64,000 nucleotides of DNA from Octopus sinensis (taxonomy: Eukaryota): contig NC_042997.1 in the NCBI RefSeq assembly GCF_006345805.1, forward strand, positions 2,666,001 to 2,730,000, written 5' to 3'. How positions within the stretch are numbered: position 1 is the first letter of the stretch; each line of letters opens with the position of its first letter. The notes beneath the pieces were generated by a model, which saw nothing but the letters and a program-made list of their open reading frames with translations, made no database searches and was not told where the DNA came from. This document shows positions 39,232-51,815 of the stretch, piece by piece. The position numbers and the translations under genes were made by a program.

Positions 39232-40163
39232 TATAAATATATATACGTACAGGACACCACAAAAAGGCGTAAAACTCAACAGAAACGAAAACGGAAAAGC
39301 CATTTTGTTACAACAGAAAGACAGAGACGTGGAACAGGACGAGAACGAAAACGGGAATAACATTATTTACAACAGAAAAACAAGGTACAGGACATGCTAC
39401 ACATGGAAAAATCCCCTTCATCAGCTGTCACTAGTAGACTTAGTGTGTTTCGAAGGCGAGACAGGACACGACTCGTCAATAATAGGCCTTCCTGCGAGAG
39501 AATTAAAATAAAATAACCTCGCAGAGGGGTAAAACGAGCACGAAAATAAAAGTAACACAAACGGGACGTAACAATAGAACTGCACAATAAAATACAAGAT
39601 AAAAATACAAAATTTATAAATACATGTACAAGAAAATACAAAACGAGTAATAAAATACAATACGAGAAATCAAAATAAACAAGAAAACAAACGAAAAAAG
39701 CAAACGAAAGTCCTTTGTTCTGGCTGGGACGGAAGAGGTACTGGCGAGCGCAGGGAAAACATAACCTTACGGCCTGAAAGCAACGCGCAAAAGGATTAGC
39801 AGTGACGAAAGTGAGGAGGAGTGAGAGAGAGATAGATAGATAGATAGATAGAGGAATACACGCGGCTGAGAGAAGGATGAGGAAGAGGGAGAGATAAGAG
39901 GGGAAGGTAAAGCAAAGGGAGAGAATTTCGCGTCATAATTATATTATAAAATAATACTAGGAGGATAAGAGACGGAACGAAGCGAAAATTCGAAATTTCG
40001 AAAATTCGAACGAACCCGATGCGAACCGCTGTCAGACAATAGTGTAATAAATAATTATTTATTACACTATTACACTATTGTCTGACAGCGCTTCGCGTCG
40101 GGTTCGTTCGAATTTTCGAATTTTCGCTTCGTTCCGTCTCTTATCCTCCCAGTATTGTTTTAT
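39232..40163 (-). mobile_element. Non-coding PLE-type element with 5' fold-back, between two (TA)n tracts
   Basis: The pyrimidine-rich minus-strand tail ends GTCCTGTAC + (TA)n. It contains a decayed hammerhead, and 39946..40049 and 40068..40163 are inverted copies. Confidence 0.55.
39431..39485 (-). ncRNA. Decayed hammerhead-like motif
   Basis: Minus strand ctatta-TTGACGA-...-GAAAC acactaa GTC-tactag. C3 is replaced by U, stem II is weak, and stem I has one mismatch. Confidence 0.35.
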
Positions 40164-40177
40164 TATATATATATATG

Positions 40178-40297
<120 letters not shown>

Positions 40298-40377
40298 GGT
40301 CCCGGGTTGAGTCGGGGTTAACCACAGTAAATAAGGTACTCAATACATAGCAGAGTAAATTAATTTATTATATAGAA

Positions 40378-40430
40378 GGAGCTTCTACAGGACTAGAACT
40401 GTTTCATTCAAAAGAAATCATCAGGAAGCC
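40378..40430 (-). ncRNA. Type I hammerhead ribozyme (mirror copy)
   Basis: Reverse complement of the 40434..40488 motif, with one substitution in stem I. Confidence 0.78.
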
Positions 40431-40433
40431 CCT

Positions 40434-40488
40434 GGAGCTTCCTGATGATTTCTTTTGAATGAAACAGTTCTAGTCCTGTAGAAGCTCC
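40434..40488 (+). ncRNA. Type I hammerhead ribozyme
   Basis: GGAGCTTC-CTGATGA-tTTC tttt GAAt-GAAACAG-ttctagtc-CTGT-A-GAAGCTCC: 8-bp stem I, 4-bp stem III, GUA triplet, short stem II with a U.U base. Confidence 0.82.
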
Positions 40489-40501
40489 TTCTATATAATA
40501 T

Positions 40502-40545
<44 letters not shown>

Positions 40546-40662
40546 ATATTCTTCTTCTAATTATTATCAATAATGTAACCCCAATCGCCACTGCGAATTT
40601 CCTGCAGTAAATCTAACGATAACAGCAGTTAATTGAAATCGTGCCCATGCTTTACTCATCCA

Positions 40663-40733
<71 letters not shown>

Positions 40734-43276
40734 TGTGTGTGTGTATATATGTATGTATGTATATATTATACGCATAATTCTTTGTAAGAATTCTAGTATA
40801 CGTGAAGTAGGCAACATTAATTGAATGATCATTGAATAATTTTATTTACTTTATTATATTTTACATCTAAATTTTGATGCTATTTTACTTTTTAAATAAT
40901 TTGTCTCTGTGATGTTGTAAACGAATTGCAGAAACTTGTGAAATACACTTCACAGATACTGGAAATTTGTTAGACGTCTGGATTCGTATTATACTGTCTA
41001 CTATCAGAATTATATATCTTACTTCATTTTTCATCCACTTATGAAGTCAATTTTATATGTAATTGATACAACCGCAAATAACCACATTCAATATGAAATG
41101 AATAATAACTCCTAATCTTCCTATGAATCAATATTGATATTGTTGTTTAAACCCAAGCCGCCCTTAATTGAACTGGTCTATGATAAATGTATTTCAGTTA
41201 TGACTATACATCCCTTTAGTGGACATTTCAGGTCTGTCTTAAATTTATTTCAAGTTCTTAAGGTCAGATATTTGAATATTTAGCTGCTTTTATCTTCCAT
41301 ATTATTCGGCAAGGTAAATGCCACTGATAAATTTATAACATTTATGCTCATCAGGGAAGTGGAAAGCTCATAATATTGTAAATGAATACATTTAATAAAG
41401 TGTTACGGAACAGATCAGTCTTCTTGATGTTAAATCTCCCATTATTACAATTTAAAAGTATATATTATATGCTGATCTCCATTTATTTATCAAAAGGCTT
41501 TCTACCTGTTTAATTGTTTCTCATATTTGAAGCAACTACTTATATATCTCTAAGTCCCCATTCTCGAGATCTTGAAATTAGGTGACTGGCAGACATAGCA
41601 TCAGTTTATTTAATGTTTTCTTTCAAATTGTCATTTGAGTGATTCATCATTTTGATGAATTGAATTCTAAGAAATTTCAGGGGAATTAAGTCTAATTCAT
41701 AACACAAAATTCAAATTATTGTACAGAAAGTCCAACTAAATAAGCTAAATTATTGGAGATTGATTTCTTACTTGATACGCGTCCTATTATATTCCGTATG
41801 GATTTCATTTACTTTACACGACCAAATAGGTAACTGACTGTTTGACGATACTACAGAAGCTATTGCAATCTCCTTTGTGTAAACATTTTACGGATCAGTG
41901 CATCTTTCAGTTGTAAGAAAATCAGTTGGATGAACAATCAAACGACGACAATGCAAATTCATAATAAATTATGCAAGCGGTCGAATGGATGTATTTAAAG
42001 AAATTGCTTCCGGGTGAAAATGTATAGGCACGCAGGCACACGCACACATATACACAAACACACAGAGAGGCAAACGCACACACGCTCGCATGCACATTAC
42101 TATACATGCATGGATATATATATATATATTATATGTGTGTGTGTGTGTGTATATGTGTGCGTGTGTGTGTGTGTGTGCGTGTATGTGTGCATGCATGCCA
42201 GTAGGCATCGTTATATATTTTATTCTACAATATAAAGTATTTTCATTCGTTCCAATTCCCAATTTCGCAATGAAATAATTTTTCCGTGGGCAAATATACC
42301 ATCAAATGGAAACTGATAAAAACGTGACCAGAATCATTACTCTGACACTCCATTGAGATGTGTTACCATTGCTTATTTCAGCAATATTTGGAGTACGGAT
42401 ATATTTTGCGAAGTTCACAAATTGTCTCGACTACTCAGTAGGGGAATGAAACTTACAGATAACTATTTTCTCAAGAAAGGCAACGGTGAAAGCTTTGTCA
42501 GTAGGATATAATTAAGTCAGATTAAGAAAGGATTTAATCAAATGTGACAGTGAATATAATTACTTATTTAAGCTATTTGATGTAAACGTATATATTTACA
42601 GAGGACGCAAAAGTAACACTTATTAAGACTCAATATAAAGCTAGAAAAAAGTATTCAAATAATGTAAGAGTCAAAACCACCACAGTAGAATCATTATATT
42701 GTACATTTCATATTTATTAGCACAAGTTGTTTGGTGAATACTAATAAACATTTCACTCCTAAATGTTCCCCGCCACTCAGTCGTCCATACACACACACAA
42801 CCACACACATACACTCACTCACAAACACATATATATGTATGTGTGTGTGTGTATGTTCTTTATGTTGTCTGTCTCGTTTTTTGTTTATTTCTTCGGCTAT
42901 TCGAAAAAGTTAGTTTTCTACGTTTTTGTTTTTATATTCTCGTTTCCCACTTTGTCTACGTTCTTTTGATGTCCTGTACCCATATATGCATATATATATA
43001 TACGTATATATGTAGGTATGTACATATATGTATGTATATATGCAAATATTTCTATATTATATATATATATACTTAACAAGCACATATACATATATATCTT
43101 CGTATATATGTAGTTGGATAGAAAGATTAGATCGGTAGATAAATAGGCTTTGCATCAGATCTCTACATCTATCATTTAAAGTTTTCACTTGAGCTGAATA
43201 TATTTTTTCTTCAAATTAAAATACAACTTCAGAAGGAATTGGACCACATCTATGTGCATAATGATAAGTCTATATA

Positions 43277-43470
43277 GGGCGACTAGCTGGTTGGATTTTC
43301 AACCAGGTGAACTAATTACTGAGAGGCCTTTACGTTCTGAGTTTCAATTATACCTAACTTGACTTTGGGTTTCCTCCTTTTGCGGTCTATCAAATAAGTG
43401 CTTGTTGAGCACTTCAGTCGATGTAATCATCTCCTTCCATGTAATTGGGGGCCCAGTGCCAAAATTGTGC
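43277..43470 (+). mobile_element. SINE family A, degenerate
   Basis: tttacgttctgagtt..tcaaataagtgc..gtcgatgtaatc..gtgccaaaatt. Confidence 0.6.
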
Positions 43471-45639
43471 AGTTTAATAATGTCTATATTAGCTACCTTA
43501 ACATAATAGGTACAACCTATTTTCTTTTTTCAGAAAAATATCTCATGGAAGCATGAATACATTTTGTTGTTTCAATTCTCTATCGTTAAATGATATTCCA
43601 CTCTCCGGGGATTTTAACAGAGAGCAGGAATTTATCTCTGATAATGAAATTTTCAGGCAGTTTCATATTCTAAACTATCATCAAGATATCATAAATATTT
43701 AAATGTGCTGATATAGAAGTATATATTATCTATTTTGAAGAATTTGTTTTAATACCGTTTACCACTAGTTTAATATATCTCTTAGTCTTTCATCTTTAAT
43801 TATTATTTCTTTTCATGAGACTGAATTTTTATGGCGTTTTTATGACGTATCATTAAACACATTGATAAATGGATCTTTATTTTCTATTACATTTCACCGA
43901 TGCGCTATTTTAAACTGTTCATGCATTATAAAGAATCGTATAAGATATTTACAATTTTTTTCGTTGCAGTAAGCAGTTTCATTGTATATATTGGTATTAT
44001 AGATTTGTAAATTTTAACTTACCAAATCAACATATATTCTAAGATAATAACTGTAACAAGACGCACTGAAATATATTTGCCTTCTCATGTCTGAGACCAG
44101 GCAATAATCGAAAGGGATACAAATTCGTGTAAAACTATATCACTGTATTACTCATAGACATGCAAAAACTCGTGAAGATCAAATCAGAGCAGCCCAGTAA
44201 AATATTTACGGACAGTGTTATAGTTTATTTCTGAAAGAATTAGAATTACAAACTTCTAGAATTTTAGCGATATGTCAAGGCTTTAACAATAAAATATTTT
44301 TCTTCTGCCATGGTAGACTTTTAACAACGTAGAAGTTGATGCGTGTCAGAAATTCAAATATCTTTTAACACGTTCATTGTTTGTTTTTCGTTGCCTTTTT
44401 ACTTCATCATTCTGAAACTGCATATTGAATTAACAATTTTCTAAATACACGTAACAAACATATAATCATCACAAAATAACTTGAATTGCATCGTTATTTT
44501 GCTGTTTTCATCTAATAACATTTCAATAAACATTGAAGCATCCATACAACCTTAGCTTAAAATGATAATATTTTCAGATTAAACAGATAAATAAAATAAA
44601 GAAAAAGCAGGAAGCAAAACATTATTTATATGCAAAATTTTAATTCGATTATGTAAAATTTTCTTTCTGTGTAAATGAAAACAAATAATTAGTAAACGAG
44701 ATATGTTGCGTACAAGGAACGCTAAGGATTAAGTAAAATATTACAATTCCGTAAGCAAAATATCTATCGTGTTTATTATTTAAACTCTCTATCGTTTAAA
44801 TATATTCCACTCTTTGGGGATTTTAACAGAGAGCAGGAACTTTGGTCCTAAAATCCCATTAGGAGAGAAGATTAACAGCACAAATGTTATTGCTGATGAT
44901 TGATTCAAAAATACAATGAAAATAGCAAGTTGTAGTTGACAAAGGAACTAGGAATGCTATAGATGTTAATGACATTATTGTAATGATGATGGTCTTACTG
45001 GTAGTGATGTTGAAGATAAGCAGTTTATGTAAAAGAAAATATATTAATGTCAAGATTCTGATAAAAGCAATTTTAGTTAGTGTTTTCGTCCCTCTCAGCG
45101 ATTCATATTATACACGGACAGTAGACGGATGCGTGCAGGGTTGTTTCGTCAGTTCGTGCGCATTTCAGTTAGAATGACGGATCTTACATGCCTAGAGAGT
45201 ACATCTCGAATTGGCAGGCTAAACCATTTCTGTAAATTATTCATGGGCTCCGGTTTCAAAAAACCACCGGAATAGACAGACTAGTCGATTCTTGTCGACG
45301 CCCAGAATCGTGAATGCTCTTTCTCTTGCACGCCACTAACATCTATAGAACGCCAAAGGGAAACCTCTACCGACTATATTACCCAGTTGGGCAGCACTCA
45401 AGGTACCACTTGTGCTGACCCAGTCTACGCTGCATCTAGGATTCAGTGAAATAGAGGGAAAACAAATGTTATAAACGGCAACTAAACATGCTCACCTACA
45501 AGAAAACTGATTATTTCGTATTTTCAGCCTCTGTCTGGACCTCATCTGCCGCATTCGGGCTGACTTGACAAAAAAAATGGACCACCTAACTACTGAAACG
45601 TAACTTTTATACAGAGAAAAATATTGTAGGCGCTTCAGT

Positions 45640-46140
45640 GAAATAGGAATGTCACGACAGACAGGCAGTTATATACAACAGCGGTGATATGCTTATTCAC
45701 AACGGATTACTTTTTCCTGGAAGATTTCTAGGTGAGAATGGCCAGTCTGCCCATCACATCACCCCAGTTTTCCTGTACTTGGGGGAAAAATCTCCTTCAG
45801 AATGGTCACCAAAGTATTTGTAGAAGAGCTTATAGAATGCTTTTGTTGACCCAAATTGATTAAAATCCCAATCACGTCAGGTATTTTTACCCACTACATC
45901 TGGGATATTCAAAAGAGAAGTAGGTTGTGGTAGGTAGATCCGCTTGGAATGCCATACGTTTGCGCAACGCCAGTCACTCCTTCGACGGCATGCACAGAAA
46001 TCTTTGCTTATTCATTGTGCAAAAATTAGAAATCGGCGTTTAACAGAGTTATATGTCTAAAAGTTTATGCTTAATCCCGTTTCTTTTGTATCCGATGTTA
46101 GCAGTGACTGTGCTCGCCGACTGACAGTGCAGAAATAGAA
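45640..46140 (-). mobile_element. Possible highly decayed RTE-like RT fragment
   Basis: The minus frame ALLQILW*PF*RRFFPQVQENWGD..AIL..KSSRKK weakly resembles RT subdomain 1. Confidence 0.3.
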
Positions 46141-46232
46141 ATTGTCCCCTATCTATCTCAAGTCACGGTAGACATCTGTTACGACTTCTTCAAGCAATCC
46201 GCTGCTGCTGCTGCTACTACTAATATTATAAA

Positions 46233-46490
46233 TAATAACAACAACAACAACACCAGTATCGGAAGGCATCAAAAGAAATTTAAAGAAAATCGGAATAGTT
46301 TGCCCAGTGGAGCTGTTACAAAAGATTTTTGGGACAGCCAGGATAACAAAGTAAATCTTAGATAGTTGAAAAGAACACACAGTATGGTAGCATATGCTGC
46401 AGGTACCAAGCCCGTTACACCTGCAAAACTCCAGCAGTTCAAATAAAACCTGAGTTGAAAAGAATAAATTAAATATCATAATAATTCCAA
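46233..46490 (+). mobile_element. Short 3' end of an R4/Dong-like element
   Basis: VSEGIKRNLKKIGIVCPVELLQKIFGTARI resembles the RLE C-terminus. It is preceded by (ACA)n and ends near ATAATAAT. Confidence 0.6.
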
Positions 46491-47399
46491 TTATGTTAAA
46501 AAGGGAGCGATTTTGATGTCTAAGGCGCTAGTCCATTATATCGGTCGCATTACGTGGTTGATATTCTATTTTTAATGACACTGAAAACGTGAATTCTAAA
46601 GTTGACCTCGGCGAGATATGACCTCAGAAAGTAAAATAGAATATCCAATAAACACAACTAACTTCTCCTTGGCATACTCTGCAGTTTTTGCATTGGTATA
46701 TTATGTTTTAGCTTTCTAACTTTTACGCTTATACAGACACTTCGTTTCGCTTCGTCTGCCTCTGGATATTATCTGTCTTCTCATTGCCTCATATTTCCTA
46801 TTCATGTTATTCATGTAATTTATCTCCTCTCTCTAAGTATGCATATGCATGAATGTGAGTGTGTGATTGGGTGTGTGTGTGTGTGTGTGCGTGTGTGTGT
46901 GCGTGAGTGTGTGTGCATAGGTGCGTGTATGCGTGTTTTGATGTTCATGAGTCCAAAATATATCTAAACGATTTGGTTTGTGATTATTAAAAAAAACTCA
47001 TTGGATACTGTGTATAAAGTTGGTTCTATATGTGAGTGTACGTTTTGATCGGCTAGAGGCGTGTGCGTATGAGTATTGAGGACTTTATGCAGAGTTGTGT
47101 GCGTGGGTGTACTTATGTAGAAGTGATTGAATTATGCATATGTCTGTAAAAGTATTAATGTATATGCTTGTGTGTGATTTATGAACTGTGTAACCAACAC
47201 AATGTCAAAAGAGAATTCTGTGTATGTAGATATGTATATACATATATAATTAATTGTATCAATATATGTCTGTAATTGTAGGTATGCTTGACTGTACATG
47301 TAATTGTGGCTATGTGTGAGTTCATGCTACACGTACAGGAGACTGGGATATTCGCAACAGTAATTTATGTGCATATGTGTATAGGCTTCATTTTGTATG

Positions 47400-48225
47400 G
47401 GTTTATATATGTAAGATAAAAGCATACATATTGTATATGCAGAAAATATGAGGCGGGGAATAAAAAGAGAAACATAAAGTATGGGGTATTTCATATATAA
47501 ATATACACGCTATGCACAAAAGTTTGAGAAAAGGAAAAAAGCAAAAATGTAATGGGGAGGATGATAGATAGGTCGCCCTCCTCATACAGGAAGGCTTCTA
47601 GGGATAATCGAGGAATCCCATTAACCGAGATTTTCCTGAAACTCCAAGAGCAAGTGCCCTCTCCAATTTCTTCTCTGCGACTCACTGGTCTACACTTAGA
47701 GAAGTACCATTCACTCTTGCCATTTTCGAAACTTTCAACCACATTTCAATAAAGTTACTCCAAGACAGCACTTCCCTTCCCATTCTAAATTTCGTTTCCA
47801 AGTGAAACTTGAAGAAATCATTGAGAGCTCTCTGAAAGAGGACTGTATATGTTCTCAAGCTTTCATCCTTGTCCACAAAATAACCTCTTTCGCCCCAGCC
47901 ACCAGTCAATGGAAAACTGCTTTACATGCCCGATTGAATGAAGGCGGCGGGGCGATCAGTACAACTGATTCGGTCGACAGGCATATCCATCCGTCACGCG
48001 GCAGCACCTGTTCGACATATACATACAATTCAGCAATGCCAGGACACTGAAGTGGGGCGTCCAGAACAGTTTCTCCACATTGTGCGCTTCTCGAACAGCC
48101 AGCACGCCCGTGCAGGTACAATTTTCCTCGAATCGGTAGCGTCTCCGGTAGCACTGCCTGGCCAAGGGTATCTGGAAATTATCTATGAAAGTTCCCGCCC
48201 GGTGTGTCCTCCTGAACAGATTAGA
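47400..48225 (-). mobile_element. 3' fragment of an L1/Tx1-type retrotransposon
   Basis: LPIRGKLYLHG...CSR..GETVLDAPLQCP (degenerate zf-RVT) and FFKFHL...EVLSWSNFIEMW, with locally higher GC. Confidence 0.72.
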
Positions 48226-48293
48226 TGTAAGTATGTACATATATGTATATATGCATGCATATAAGCATATATATATATATATATATATACATA

Positions 48294-49854
48294 GTAGCAG
48301 CTAAGCCCGGTTTCACTCGGTCAATTTGGATGATGTGTCTATGATGGTTTTCGGTTAGGCATAGTCTATAACAACGTTTCTCAACCATATCATTTCGGGT
48401 CCCTTGTTTCGATTGCAGTCTCCAGCTGTTTGAAAATTTCCTTCACCCCCTGTCAGAAAACAGCTTCAGGTGTTGTGAAAAACGAATTTGTACGTAGTCT
48501 GTTTCTCAGAGCTATTCTATTGGACCTCTGTCTAATCATTAAAACATTGGGCGATCTTTCGCTATGAGAAAAAACAACTGTCACTTACAAACCACTTATA
48601 AACCACGTATCTTTTACTCTTTTACTCTTTTACTTGTTTCAGTCATTTGACTGCGGCCATGCTGGAGCACCACCTTTAATCGAGCAACTCGACCCCGGGA
48701 CTTATTCTTTTGTAAGCCCAGTACTTATCCTATCGGTCTCTTTTGCCGAACCGCTAAGTAACGGGGACATAAACACACCAGCATCGGTTATCAAGCAATG
48801 CTAGGGGGACAAACACAGACACACAAACACACACACGCATATATATATATATACATATATACGACGGGCTTCTTTCAGTTTCCGTCTACCAAATCCACTC
48901 ACAAGGCTTTGGTCGGCCCGAGGCTATAGTAGAAGACACTTGCCCAAGGTGCCACGCAGTGGGACTGAACCCGGAATCATGTGGTTGGTAAACAAGCTAC
49001 TTACCACACAGCCACTCCTGCGCCTGTTTATTTACATTTTTGATAACCGCCGGTTACCGTAAGAAAATTTTTAGATTTTTAACATGGGGTTGGGTGGAAA
49101 GGAGATATTTTGAAGTCGGCGTGAAAGCGAAAGAGACAGGAAGAACGCGATTGTATGAGTGAACTGCTGGCGTGAAGCGGAAGAATTGATGTGCGTGCGT
49201 GCGAGTGTGTGTGGTGTGAGGGTGTGTGTGTGTGATGAGGTGTGCGAGACAGAATATGTGGTGTGTATGTGAATGGCTTTTGTTAGTGTGTGTGAAGAGG
49301 CAGAGAAAGTAATGTTGCCGGTGTGTGTGTATGTGAGAGAGAGAAAGAAAGAGAGAGAGATAACTGAAATTTTTTATTCACTTTTTGTACTGAGTGAATT
49401 GTAAGTGATTCACAGAGAAAAAGCAAGAGAGAGAGAGAGAGAGAGAAATGCGTTATATATGTATGTATGTATCTATGTATGGTTGAGAGAGAATTAACTG
49501 AAATTTTGTTATTCAGTTTTTGTAGTGAGCGAATGTGTGAGTGACAGACAGAGAAAAGGTTATGTATATATGTATGTATGACATTGGCTGACTGTCATCC
49601 TGTAATCCCCTTGTTGCAAGCGAAATGGTATATGCCGGCTGTGTGAGCAACTGGTTGTTTTAATGGCGGGGGAATTCCATTAGAAAAGTTTTAATCGAAT
49701 TTCTCGTTAACTATAGGGGCTAGGAAAAACTACAGACCGCATTCTAATCTATACACCCGTCTTCACATGTGTGCCAATGTTCACGAGAATCCACCCAGCC
49801 GTTTGGCATTGAACCTCAAGACAAGAAAGAATACAACTATTGCCCATGTCTAAG

Positions 49855-49856
<2 letters not shown>
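48294..49856 (-). mobile_element. Older Helitron-like element interrupted by a SINE
   Basis: The left end AGTAGCAG..CCCGGTTTCACTCGG resembles the ACTAG + hairpin terminus. The internal 49120..49560 region resembles 16560..17010. The right boundary is uncertain. Confidence 0.45.
48611..49025 (-). mobile_element. SINE family B, full length, young-looking
   Basis: Complete head to (AGTAAAAG)3 tail on the minus strand. Confidence 0.92.
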
Positions 49857-49926
<70 letters not shown>

Positions 49927-50029
49927 TATATATATATCATTAATTAAAATCTTAGGGTAGCAAGAATATTTATCGAAAAAATTTTGTTACCAGTGGTCTA
50001 GCGAGAAGGAAAGATTTAGTCAATAGACT

Positions 50030-50945
50030 ATACATTATTCAGAGAAGAATACAGAGTACATTCAAACACATAAGAGGTACCCTCAAAATGGGATATCTGA
50101 CTCACTAGAAAGAGCAGTTAAACACCAAGACACTAATTGTAATTCTGAAAGTGAATGAAAAGAAAATATATATATAAAGATGGCTGTGGATGGCTAAATG
50201 TGATTTAAAACTGGAAACGGAGGCTGTAATCTGTGCTGCCGAAGAGCAAGCACGAAGAACGAATAACATCAAATACAAAATAGACAACACATCAGGAAGT
50301 GACAAGTGCAGAATTTGTGCTCAAAATGGTGAAACTGTATGGCAATTGCAAGTCAATGTACTCCACTCAGAAATTTTATAGCAGACGTCAATACAATATA
50401 GCGAGTAGTGTCCATTTGACATTTTGCAACATGTATGGACTTGACAGAGCAAAGAAGTGTTACGAAAATAAACCTGAAGGCATCATTGAAAATGATAATG
50501 CAAAGATCCTATGGGATTTTATGGGTCAGTGCGACAATGAGCTAGATAACAGGAAGCCTGACATAGAGTTCATTGAGAAAGAAAGCAAACGATACTGGAT
50601 CATACACACAGCATGCCCAGCTGATAACAAATTATGCGATAAGGAAGATAGAAAATTCGATAGATATGACAGATTAGTTTTGGATGTTAAGCAGTTGTGG
50701 TCGTTGAAAATGGTGGTGTAGTACCAATATTTATCGTGGACCTGGGAACAGTGAGTGAAAATCTCGAGAAATACATGGAACAAATAGGGGATGCAATAAG
50801 GGTGGAGCACTTGCAGAAAACGGTACTTTTTTGAGCCGCTTGAATGCTCCGGAAGCAGCTCGAAAAATAAGAGGTGTTACTTTAGTTCACTGAAAGTGAA
50901 CAGCTGACACCGTAGTACATCTCCAGCGTTAGAAGCTGTGCAAAA
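50030..50945 (+). mobile_element. 3' fragment of an R4/Dong-clade non-LTR retrotransposon (RLE endonuclease)
   Basis: LKLETEAVICAAEEQA, zinc knuckle KCRIC..GETV, KILWDF, RKPDI, then LQKTVL, and a 3' UTR followed by (CAA)n/(TAA)n. Confidence 0.85.
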
Positions 50946-50957
50946 GCAATGAAGTTG

Positions 50958-51223
<266 letters not shown>

Positions 51224-51639
51224 AATATATCTAGTATGGACAGAAGGACTGAAATTTTTGGGAACGGTGTTAGTAGACTACATCGACACCGTACATGACT
51301 GGTTGCTGTTATCTCAACTTATAAAATTTTGATTCGATTCCGGACTCAAGCGTAATGAATATTTATATGTTTGGGTGGGTAGGGTGTGTATGTGTGTGTG
51401 TACATACATAGATTGATAGAATTATTGCAACATATTTCGTCCAAAATTGTAACGGGTAAATTGCGTTTCGCTAATTTGAAACTTTACCAGTAAACGTCTT
51501 AACTGAATAACTAGATAAATTATACCTTCTAATTAATATTTCGAGGAAGGTACTTATGACTTTCTTCGACATCTTGTAGTGCCTGGTTATGAAAAACTAT
51601 TATGCCTGAATGAACACAAGTACGTGCCGGCGCCACAAA

Positions 51640-51815
51640 GTAAAAAAAATTATGCCTTCATTCATTGAAATACCAAGCTTAGTTTATATTTAAACCCAAT
51701 TGTCGACTTTACCTTTCATCATTTCGGAGTCGATAAATTACGTTCCAGTGAAACACTGGAGTCGATATTATCGAGTGTCCCCGTCCCCCATATTTCAGGC
51801 CTTGTGTCTTTACTA
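51640..51815 (+). mobile_element. SINE family A, 3' part
   Basis: gtcgactttacctttcatcatttcggagtcgataaa..cactggagtcgat..ggccttgtg. Confidence 0.65.

Noticed and set aside
40430-40441. Idea that the palindrome centre marks a cDNA ending exactly at a ribozyme cleavage site
   Set aside because: It is explained more simply as a perfect fold-back around base 40433 with one substitution at 40430.
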